From Octopus bimaculoides (lineage: Eukaryota), in assembly GCF_001194135.2 (NCBI RefSeq), contig NC_068981.1, positions 130,249,249 to 130,313,248 on the forward strand: a stretch of DNA of 64,000 nucleotides. Reading direction: 5' to 3'. The notes under the pieces were generated by a model. That model was not told where the DNA came from, ran no database searches, and saw only the letters and a program-made list of their open reading frames with translations. Every line of letters begins with the position of its first letter. The stretch's first letter is position 1. A program made the translations under genes and the position numbers. Shown in pieces: positions 23,769 to 35,025 of this stretch.

Positions 23769-26527
23769 TAAGGTCAAAACACCAGTATCTTTAAGTCCCC
23801 TTAACCCATTAGCCTTTAAACTGGCCACATCCATCCCAAATATTCTACCTGTTATATGTTCAAACTAGCCAGATCTAGCTTCTCACACATATCCTGCAAT
23901 GTCATTCTAAGAATAAGCAATCACATCATCAAATGTCAATGCTACAAGATGATGCAGAACTAATTGAAAATGGTGTGAATAGATAAGCATTACATTTGAC
24001 ACAGTAATCCGGATGATAAAGGGTTGAACCAATGAATTGCTTGTGTTACGAATATGCACCGTCTGAAGGGAGGTGCTTCCTGATCACAAACAACAACAGC
24101 AATCAAGTATTTACATTTGAATCTGCCAGAACATATTAAGAATGAAAAGATACATTACTCTTTGGATTCTCTCTGTTCTGCATGCATCCCAGGAATCATT
24201 AACAAAGCGAAGATATGGCTGTGTGGTTTAAGAAGCTTGTTTGCCAACTGTGTGGTCTTAGGTGAGTCCCACTGCATGGCACCTAGGGCAAGAGTCTTCC
24301 ACTATAGCTTCAAATTGACCAAAGCCTTGTAAGTGGATATGATAGTTAGAAACTGACAGAAGTTCATCATGTGTATATGTGTGTGTATATATGTGCATGT
24401 ATGTGTGTTTCTGTGGTTGGGTACCCTTGTCCAGATATATGATGGTTGTAAACTAGTGTCATTATCATACAAACAAGGTTGTTCATTTCCAGTCTTCTGT
24501 GAAAAGCATGTCTAGCTATGGATATAGATGAAGGTTGGCAACAGGAAGGGCATCCAACCAAAGAAAATCTGCTCCAACAAATTCCATTTGACTCTTGTAA
24601 ACGGGACGTTATGACCCAAAGAGAATGGCAAATGACAATTTAGGCATATCAGCAGGTAATTTTTTCCCTTTTTTCCCCTACGTCAGAGCAGGAAAGGCAA
24701 TCTTTTTCAGGTCTTCTGTGACTGGTGGATGGAAAGAATGTTATCTTCAGATAGGAGACCTTGCTCAAATGTTTGTAATAAAGTGGACTCGACTTAAGGC
24801 ACTCAGTGGCTAAGTGAATGGTGTGTTTTACCACTCAAAAACAGAAACGGTATCGACAGGTATTATAATTTCCATCTACCAAATTTCATTCACAAGACCA
24901 AGGCTTTATTTGACACCAGACTATATTAACTAATCAACACATACACAAGTAGATACAGAAATATAATGCAATGCAACAATAAATGAAAACAGTCAGTAAC
25001 AATGGCAAAAGAAACCCAAAAAACACGGATGATGGTAAATCATCGCCATTTTACGTTTGTTTTACGTACCGGTACGAACCGGACAGTTCGGAGGGCCACG
25101 TTACGCTCGTGCGTTTCATTTTGGGCTGGTTTCTACGGTTGAACGCCCTGCCTAAAACCAACCACTCTGCAACGTTTGCTGGGTGCATTTCATTGTCACC
25201 CAAAGGATCCTTTCGGCCCTACGTTGTCTCCGCTAGTTCGCAAATCACAACATCGGCAGAATGTATTAAACGTTAAGTTCCCAATATCTCAATCACAAAT
25301 CGGTGCACATTGGGATTAGACACTGAGGGAAAATGGCTGTAACTTTTTTTATTACCCACACATCTATTATAGGAAAACAAAAGAATCCCATAGACACAAC
25401 CTGAATATTTTGAACATATTTTCTAGCTAGACCAGAAAATGCAGCAATTCAATCAACATATTCCCGTGCTTTCAGAATGGACAAGGGCACTATTCATCTG
25501 AGTATTGCAGTGCGAAGTGGAATCGTTGAATCAAGTTATGCAACTTCGAATTGCGAAGTGGTGCAATCGATGATGATGAATTATTTTCCCTCGGGGTATA
25601 GCTAATTTTGTAAGGAAAACTTTTAATCGATCCAATCGTCTTCTATATAAAATATGAAATTTAGCCGAATGCCCTTTTGTTGTTACTAATTTTAACGACG
25701 AATTAAGCACATCATGATAAACAATAGAATGCGGTTCGTATTCATATACCGGAAAGGAGTGTTGTGATAATTTCATTTTTACCCTTTACATGGACACTAA
25801 TTTGTTAAAATAACATAGCGAACGATCCATTTAGCAAATTGAGTCGCAACCAATTTAACTGATAAACAAAGAAACAAGCATTTCTCATTACCAAAACAAC
25901 ATATAAGTTGGTCTTTAATATTCACTTATAGAAAATGTTTCAAAAGTTGCAAAAGAAAACCGATCACAATACAAATAATCGGAGATACTGAAGTTACATT
26001 ACAAGAACTATTGATGTAAATAAAAGTGTGTCTGGCCATGTGCTAATAATGTGCTTCACCTTCCTCTATATTTTGTTTGTGTTTAGATGCCGGAATTAAT
26101 GCCTGTGTCATTGTACGTGTATTCTCTATTTATGATTAACATTTGTATACGTGAAATGCATAACTTTGAAAATGAAACAAATAATTAAGCATTAAAACTT
26201 ATTCTATATACAAAAATGAGCTTATTTAACCGAGATTCATCTACTATAGGATGTAACACGTAATCAATGCGATAGTACTGATGCAAAATATTAAGCCCTA
26301 AACAATTATTAATATACGTATCAAGATAATTTTTTTGTTATTCATTAAAAACAATTAAAAGTTGAAGCTGTTACACGGTATTATAATATAGTATATAGTT
26401 GATCAGTTTACGTATCATGCTTTCGACGACCATGTTAGAAAAAAATGGTTGTATGCATATACAACCGGCAATTACAGTTTTAAGACAGACAAAGGATGCA
26501 AAATTAAGACAAAATAAGTCCTCTTAC

Positions 26528-26780
26528 CTTGTTAGATAACAATGCTATTCATGGGGTAAATTAAAATATGATACCATATAAACAATTAGAGGATTTTAAC
26601 AGATTATTTGAAAAATTTTGATACATTGGATTGATATATCCGGGAAAATATGCAATTTTCAAACGATGAAGAGTGACAAGCAGCTTAACTCCCCTTTTTC
26701 ATGGCGCGAATACGGGTTTGATTTCTTTGAGTCTTCAAAAAATAATCATGTATGATCAATGTAATCAGCCAATTGTTATG
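26528..26780 (-). promoter_or_regulatory. Candidate SF3B3 promoter and non-coding first exon
   Basis: The ATG exon starts at an acceptor, so an upstream exon must exist. Strong minus-strand donor AAG|gtaaga at 26528/26527; E2F-like TTCGCGCC (26703-26710); CCAAT (26769-26773); CpG-retaining, mostly repeat-free DNA around 25.0-26.8 kb. The TSS is not demonstrated. Confidence 0.4.
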
Positions 26781-29700
26781 AATGCATCATTCCTTTTGAA
26801 TGCATTTGGATTTCCATGCAAATCCTTATTAAACTAATTTAAGTCGTCGATTTCAATTCAGAAATAACCAGGAACTAATATAAAGTACAACTCCAAATAA
26901 AATTCAATTATAAACTGAAAACTGGAGCTAGTTGTTTAGCTTCCAGTTAGCTTTCTTTGAATAGACCTATATTCTAAGTCGCTCCAGTCATGTCCCGCCT
27001 GTCTTTTCAGATGTAGCTAGCAAAACTTTATTCAGTCTCTTTCCCTTTTCATAATGTGATGAGGGAGATTTGGCTGCTCTTTCTAACAGATCGAGTGACT
27101 TTATAGAGGCTGCGTAAAAAGTTTAAATTTTGATGAAACACAAAACATGGCACTGATATTAGGACATTAATTAAATATTACCCAAAGAAATTATATTGGT
27201 TTCAAATTTTGGCACAATCCCAGCAATTTCGGGGGAGGAGGTAAATCGATTACATTGACCGCCGTGCTCAACTAGTACTTATTTTATCGATCCCGAAGGC
27301 TTGAAAGGCAAAGTCGACCTCAGCGGAATTTGAACTCAGAAAGTAAAGTCGGACGAAATACCGCAAAGCACTTTGCCCAACGTGCTTACGATCCTGTCTG
27401 CTTGCCGCTTTAATCGTAAGAAATTATATTGGCTTCAAATTTCGATACAAAGCCAGCACTTTGCTCAGCGTGTTTACGATCCTGTCTGCTTGCCGCTTTA
27501 ATCGTAAGGAATTATTTTATATTGGCTTCAAATTTCGATACAAAGCCAGCAGTTTCGTGGAAGGGGTATAGTTGCTTACATCGACCTCAGTGTTTCATTG
27601 CTACTTATTTTATCGACCCAAAATAACATGAAAGACAAAGTTGGCCTCGGCGGAATTCGAACTCGGAACGTAAAGTTGGACGAAATGCCGGCGTGCTATC
27701 GATTCTGCCAGCTCGTTGCTTTGTCCCAAGAAATTGTTTTAAAAAACAAAAGCAAATTAATGCAGTCCTCAATGTTATTACAAGAGAATATTGCTAGGAA
27801 TGAGTAAGTTAAATGTTTATTTACACTAGTGTCCAAAGAAGTATTTTGAGTAAAAGGTTTTCTTTGTGACATTGAGTTCTTGCTAGCTCTTTGAAATATC
27901 TCATGCTATCTTCTATAGTATTGTGTGACACAATTCTTGGAAGTGTTATAAGGCAGGACTCAGAGAACAATGTATAGAACCAAAATGTAAACAGTGCATT
28001 TATTCACTTGTATAATATATGTCATTTACTCCCTATTCTTCTGAAGGCTTGATTATGGAAATATTTGAGAATGTTTGACAAAGTTTCCTCAACTTTGAAC
28101 TTGAATGTCATATAAGATGTCTCATAGAATAATTGAACCCTTTTGCTACCATATTTCTCTTGGAATGCACCACCTTTGTTTCAATTAATTTTGAAAATAA
28201 TGAAGAATTTAATAAAATACATTTGTCATTATTAAACTGATTTTTGGAACATGAATTAACATGAAATGTTATGAGAAATTTTAATTTAAATCATTTTTAA
28301 ACAGGAAGTTGCTATCAAGCAGGTGATTTGCTATGGGAAGACTTAAGGTAGTGAGTGATATGTTGCTGGTTGTTTATTAAGCTCTGGCCTTAATATGCCT
28401 GACACTTGCCCAAGGTGCCACACAGTGTGACTAAACTTGCAAACATACTTAGGGAAGCAAACGTCTTAACCACACAGCCTTAAATATCATCATCATCATC
28501 ATCATTTAACTTCTGCTTTATATGCTGGCATGAGTTAGACGGTTTGAATGAAACTGGTAAGCTATGGGGCTACACTAGGTTTCAATCTAATTTGGCATGG
28601 TTTCTATGGCTGGATGCCCTTCCTAACGCCAACCACTCCAAGAATGTAACAAGTGCATTTTACATGACACCGGCATCGGCCATGACTACAATTTCACTTG
28701 GCTTGACGGGTCTTCTCAAGCGCAGCATATTGCCAAAGGTTTGGTCACTTATTGCCTCCATGAGGCCCAATGTTTGAAGGGTGCTTAAAACATCCCAGTT
28801 ACATGACACTGGCATCAGCCATGATTATAATTTCACTTGGGTTGATGGGTCTTCTCAAGCATGGCATATCGCCAAAGGTCTCAGTAACTTGTCATCGCCT
28901 TCATGTGTTTGTGTGGTCTCGGTAACATGTCATCGCCTTCTTGTGTTCAAATGAAGATCATGCGTCACCACTTTGTCCCATGACTTCCTGAGTCTACACC
29001 TTCCACAGGTTCCCTCCATGGTTAGAGATCAGTACTTATGTGAGTGTGTGTAAACTAATACATCTGTTTGTTGTTTACACACTCATCTTCGTCTTTTGTT
29101 TTTTTTTTGTAAATTCTCACTATATATATTGCCATCTAAGAATACACAAGTCAGGAAAAAATGCAAATGTATATACATATACAGTCGGAGGCAAGGATGT
29201 TTAGTAAGAAGTTTGCTTCCCAACCATATAGTTCCAGGTCCAGTTCCATTAGGTGGCACCTTGGACTTCTGCCATAGCCTTAGGCCAACTAAGGCCTTGT
29301 AAGTGTATTTGGTTGATGGAAATATACATCATATGTATGTGTGTGTGTGTATANNNNNNNNNNNNNNNNNNNNNNNNNNNNNNNNNNNNNNNNNNNNNNN
29401 NNNNNNNNNNNNNNNNNNNNNNNNNNNNNNNNNNNNNNNNNNNNNNNNNNNNNNNNNNNNNNNNNNNNNNNNNNNNNNNNNNNNNNNNNNNNNNNNNNNN
29501 NNNNNNNNNNNNNNNNNNNNNNNNNNNNNNNNNNNNNNNNNNNNNNNNNNNNNNNNNNNNNNNNNNNNNNNNNNNNNNNNNNNNNNNNNNNNNNNNNNNN
29601 NNNNNNNNNNNNNNNNNNNNNNNNNNNNNNNNNNNNNNNNNNNNNNNNNNNNNNNNNNNNNNNNNNNNNNNNNNNNNNNNNNNNNNNNNNNNNNNNNNNN

Positions 29701-29814
29701 NNNNNNNNNNNNNNNNNNNNNNNNNNNNNNNNNNNNNNNNNNNNNNNNNNNNNNNNNNNNNNNNNNNNNNNNNNNNNNNNNNNNNNNNNNNNNNNNNNNN
29801 NNNNNNNNNNNNNN

Positions 29815-30757
29815 AGCCAGGCCCTGGAAGACCTGTAGAGCTCAACAAGAATGTCCTGCAAATCCTGGTGGAACAAAATCCCATCGTAACTGTTGAGGAA
29901 CTTGCAAAGAAGCTTGGATTTGGTCATTCAACCATTCATCAACACCTGTGCGCCATCAGAAAAGTCAGCAAATTGGGTCAATGGGTTCTTCACAAACTTT
30001 CTGAGTCTAATCACGTGCAGAGAGTAAATGTGTGCTCTTCTTTGCTGTCACATCTCACAAATGAACCTTTTTGGGACCGAATAGTGACTGGTGATGAGAA
30101 ATGGGTTCTCTATAAAAACGTCAAGTGCCCAAGACAGTGGGTAGGTAAAGGAGAAATACCAGCACCCCAGACCAAAGAAGGTCTTCATCCATGTAAGGTG
30201 TTGTTATCTGTTTTGTGGGATATAAAAGGTTTAGTCCACTTTGAACTTTTAAATCCAAACCAAACGATAACAAAGAAGATCTACTGTGAGCAGCTTAAGT
30301 CAGCGCTAAAAGAAAAACGATCATCTTTTGTTTCAAGACAAAAGGTGTTCTTTCATCAGGATAATGTTCAGCCACATACAGCGAGGATGACATTCCAGAG
30401 GCTGGAGTAGTTTGTATGGGAAATGATATTCCACCCATCATATTCGGTGGACATTGCTCCATCATTTATCCTTTATCATTATCATTTATCACTATCATTT
30501 ATTCCACAGTCTTGAAAATCATTTGGATGAAATAAATATGAATTGTGTAGATGAGGTCAAAACAGTACTGGAAGAGTATTTTTTGTCAAGGATAAGTGAA
30601 TTTTGGAAGAGGGGCCTTGCAAGTCTACCAGATATATGGAAGAGCAGTGTAGAAAATGAAGGAGAGTATATTTTAGATTAAAAAAGAACTTTGTTTATCT
30701 TAATTTTGAAAAATAAAAGAAGTATAACAAAACAGCATTATTTATGGGATGACCCAA
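29815..30757 (+). mobile_element. mariner (DD34D) transposon, 5' end in N-gap
   Basis: GRP..., WV(P)HKL-like GQWVLHKL, IVTGDEKWVLY, FHQDNVQPH and HPSYSVDIAPS motifs, with a stop and a small insertion; 3' TIR ...atttatgggatgacccaa followed by TA. Confidence 0.92.
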
Positions 30758-30792
30758 TATATATATGATGATGAATGTATGTATGTATGTAT

Positions 30793-31285
30793 AACTTGTT
30801 TTAAATCTCTCAGCGAGAGACATACAGTAACAATACCTTATCAGTCATTAGATAAGTGCTTCCCCATGGCTAACAGTTGTCCTGACTCTTATTTCTAGCA
30901 ATGCTGGTACTGACTAAAACCGTTAGTCACCTTGGTGATGTCTATACTTGTGGCTTTTGATTGTAAATTGCAAATAAGCCACACTAATAATTTATTATTT
31001 TCCCTTTTACCATTTATGGAATCAACCTCTGATTGCTACGGTATTCTCTATAAACTGACAAGGTAAGTTAGCGTTAACCCTTGGCAACCAGGTGAGAGTC
31101 ACTGATGAGGATTAATCAAATCTGAAATCATCAATGATTTGGCTCTGTCTCGCTCACTGTAGGGAGCTTGTTTCCTTTGTCAGTCATTAGGTAAGTGTTT
31201 CCCCATTGCTAAGAGTTGTTCTGATTCTTATTTCTAGCAATGCTGGTGATACTAGCACCCTTAGTCACCTTAGTGACGTCTATAC
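30793..31285 (+). mobile_element. Retrozyme-like / pLTR-like element (about 1.3 copies of a 339-bp monomer)
   Basis: About 107-bp direct repeats at 30841-30947 and 31180-31285 (offset 338-339) bracket the hammerhead; flanked by (TATG)n on the left and (TACA)n(TA)n on the right. Confidence 0.6.
31096..31145 (+). ncRNA. Type I hammerhead ribozyme in retrozyme-like unit
   Basis: GAGTCA CTGATGA GGATT-AATCA-AATCT GAAA TCAT-CA-ATGA TT TGGCTC: stem I 6 bp, stem II 5 bp, stem III 4-5 bp, AUU triplet. Confidence 0.8.
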
Positions 31286-33663
31286 ATACATACATACATA
31301 CATATATATATATATATCATCGTCATCGTTTAACGTCCGCCTCCTATGCTAACATGGGTTGGACGATTTGACTGAGGACTGGCAAACCAGAAGGCTGCAC
31401 CAGGCTCCAATCTGATTTGGCAGAGTTTCTACAGCTGGATGCCCTTCCTAACGCCAACCACTCCGAGAGTGTAGTGGGTGCTTTTACATGCCACCGGCTT
31501 GAGGGCCAGTCAGATGGTACTGGCAATGGCCACGCTCAAAATGGTGTTTTTTACGTGCCACCTGCACAGGAGCCAGTCCAGCGGCACTGGCAACGACCTT
31601 GCTCAAATGTNNNNNNNNNNNNNNNNNNNNNNNNNNNNNNNNNNNNNNNNNNNNNNNNNNNNNNNNNNNNNNNNNNNNNNNNNNNNNNNNNNNNNNNNNN
31701 NNNNNNNNNNNNNNNNNNNNNNNNNNNNNNNNNNNNNNNNNNNNNNNNNNNNNNNNNNNNNNNNNNNNNNNNNNNNNNNNNNNNNNNNNNNNNNNNNNNN
31801 NNNNNNNNNNNNNNNNNNNNNNNNNNNNNNNNNNNNNNNNNNNNNNNNNNNNNNNNNNNNNNNNNNNNNNNNNNNNNNNNNNNNNNNNNNNNNNNNNNNN
31901 NNNNNNNNNNNNNNNNNNNNNNNNNNNNNNNNNNNNNNNNNNNNNNNNNNNNNNNNNNNNNNNNNNNNNNNNNNNNNNNNNNNNNNNNNNNNNNNNNNNN
32001 NNNNNNNNNNNNNNNNNNNNNNNNNNNNNNNNNNNNNNNNNNNNNNNNNNNNNNNNNNNNNNNNNNNNNNNNNNNNNNNNNNNNNNNNNNNNNNNNNNNN
32101 NNNNNNNNNNNNNNNNNNNNNNNNNNNNNNNNNNNNNNNNNNNNNNNNNNNNNNNNNNNNNNNNNNNNNNNNNNNNNNNNNNNNNNNNNNNNNNNNNNNN
32201 NNNNNNNNNNNNNNNNNNNNNNNNNNNNNNNNNNNNNNNNNNNNNNNNNNNNNNNNNNNNNNNNNNNNNNNNNNNNNNNNNNNNNNNNNNNNNNNNNNNN
32301 NNNNNNNNNNNNNNNNNNNNNNNNNNNNNNNNNNNNNNNNNNNNNNNNNNNNNNNNNNNNNNNNNNNNNNNNNNNNNNNNNNNNNNNNNNNNNNNNNNNN
32401 NNNNNNNNNNATTGTTACTATACTGTCAGTGATATAACTGTGAATAATATAACTTTAATGTTACTTTAGTTTAAAAGATTTAGCAAAAATAAATTACTCA
32501 CCAATATAAATTTGTCTCAGATCATGTTAAAAAATACTACTGGTTTAACAACATATCTCTGGATTAAAGGATATTTCTATACAATAAAAGATGTCTTCAC
32601 ACTATCCCCCTCTCACTCTCTGGGAGAGAGGCACAAGCACATACACAGACATATGCACACACGGCAGTAACAACTGCCTACCAAATTCAATCACAAAGCT
32701 TCGGTCAGCTCGGGGCTATAGCAGAAGACACTTGCCCAAGGTGCCACGCGGTGGGACTGAACCCGAAACCATATAACTGGGAAGCAAGCTTCCTAACCAC
32801 ACTATGATTTTAATAACACACACACACACACACATTATAAAACAATATATATACATAACTAAAACTATACAAATTTTAACCATACCCCATTTGAATTACA
32901 TTTGTTTCCACACAGAATATCCTTCAATTGAAAACTCATACTATAATTTGGACCAATTCTGTGTCCAAGACATTCAAAATAATTTAGTACTGCTAACATT
33001 TGAAAGAGTGTGTACATGTAATATTCTCATGCTAGAAAGAATAACAAAGCAGAAAAACAAAATACTGTGCTCCAAGTTGCTAAATAACAATTATTTCCAT
33101 GTCAAAGGAAAGGCATGAAAAATTATTTTAGGTTACATGTCAAAGATAAATGAGTTCTAATTTCTCTGGGAGTCAATGTACTGTTATGATATTCCTTCAT
33201 GTTGCCACACACATTTCTTCAGATATTGGTTTCAAATTTTGGTACAAAGCCAGCAATTTTGAGGGAAGGGGTTAGTCAATTACATCATCCCTAGTGTTCA
33301 ACTGGTACTTATTTTATTGAGCCCCAAAATGATGAAAGGCAAAGTTGACCTTGCCAGAATTGAACTCAAAACATAAAGACATGTTGCTAAGTATTTTGCC
33401 CAGCATGCTAATGATCTGCCAGCTTGCTACATTACATATTCTTCAGATATTAGAAACTAATAACATAACTAGACAACTTTTGTTGGTATAACTCTCAATT
33501 AATAATAGATGATACAAAGGAACAATTAAATGAGCAATTTGTTAAACTATGATGCACTTTAGAATGTGGATAAGCCATTCTATAGTGTATAACACTATAC
33601 AATAATGGGACAAGATTCATGATGGACATTTTTCACAAAGTTCCTTTTCAGTACTATTTAGGT

Positions 33664-33922
33664 CAGTGTTTCTCAACCATTTTTTACCTATGGACTCCTT
33701 TTTATTCCTGTTTTACACAAGTGGGCCCTCGTAACCAATCGATATTTTAGAAATCCTATTATATTTTTATTATTGAATATTATTAGGAAGTGGATTAAAA
33801 ATCATTGAAATATTTTGTGTATTGTAGGAGTATAATCAATTTATAGTACATACATTTTAACAACAAAATAGTCTATGGCTCCACCCACTAGGGTCATTAT
33901 AAATCCTAGTTGAGAACGACTG
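33664..33922. mobile_element. hAT (Charlie-type) MITE
   Basis: TIRs CAGTGTTTCTCAAC / GTTGAGAACGACTG; 8-bp flanks atttaggt / atttagac (6 of 8 identical, NTNTAGAN-like TSD). Confidence 0.75.
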
Positions 33923-34914
33923 ATTTAGACTCAAACATAATTATTACTTTGAGACATTCATATTTGCTTTCTTTCATTTCTACAGTGAATATTTCAGCTC
34001 ATTGATTTTATTAAAGGACTGAGAAAGTATACATATTAAAATTGCAGTTTGATTCATTCTTTACTCATCTTGATTTTCTTGTTAATTCATATTTATTTGA
34101 CAATGTACATATATATCTTTTCATTCTGGAGAAAAAATTTTTTCATATCAAATTTTGATTTATTTTAGACTTATGTATAGTGTATATTAATTTATGGCAC
34201 ATTTAGATTTTCAGTTGTCATTAGGAATAAAAATCCTGTCCAACTTAATTTTCAGTCATGCAGATGGAGTGAGCCAATAACTGTCACTGAGAGTTTTGTT
34301 CTTATCTGCCTTTGGCAATCCAATGTAGTTGTGGCAAAGATTTACGCATAACTGAATGAGCCCACCAAGTTTTAATGATGTCCTGCATATTAGTTGTTAG
34401 TAAAAGTAACTATCGCATGCATCAGTCATACTGCAGATTTGATGAGTGATTTCTTCATTTACAAAGTTGAATTCAGTTCCTCTCTAGGACAGAGGTTGGA
34501 CACTAGCTGAAACACTACTTCTCTCCTTTTCTTACTGACAAATTAACATATTCTACTTTGGGAACCATTATACAAATCATTTGCTTAACACTTCAGATAC
34601 CCGATTCGAGTGGTTTGATAATACAGGGAAATCTGTAAAGATACATAAAAGAATTAAAATAAATGTACGAGGAAATTTATTTAGGATCTGTTAATCCCAA
34701 AAATTATACCATTGTTTTAGATTATAACGTTGAAGTTATTCTAGGAATATAAGTTTAAAAGGTTAAAAAGCATTTACCAACAGATTATACCTATTTCCCC
34801 CCTCCCCCAAACTAGGTTAAATTCTCTCGACCATTTCCCTCTACAGGTTAGAGGTGTGTCTTGGAAGGGAGATAACTACTGTTCAAAGTCCCATAAACCT
34901 TAGCATAACTCAAC

Positions 34915-35025
34915 ATGGCGGGTTCGAAAGTTGATGCCACGTCCTCTGATATTTTAGAGGCGGCTGACAAATTAACAGATATAGACAAGATGAAAGAAGC
35001 TTTGGATAGACTTTGTCATGAAGAG
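34915..35025 (+). CDS. COG4: Conserved oligomeric Golgi complex subunit 4, coding exon 1
   Basis: caacATGG; MAGSKVDATSSDILEAADKLTDIDKMKEALDRLCHEE (aligns to COG4 LTELQELEAVYERLCGEE); GAG|gttagt donor; 111 nt. Confidence 0.9.

Noticed and set aside
25531-25776. 81-aa minus-strand ORF in the CpG-rich zone
   Set aside because: No homology recognised and no convincing splice sites; AT-rich stop avoidance near a promoter can occur by chance.
27371-27550. About 90-bp tandem repeat; also 12155-12210 (26-bp unit), 49700-49755 and 55458-55565
   Set aside because: Local slippage or tandem duplications within or between repeats; no spacer structure, so not CRISPR-like.
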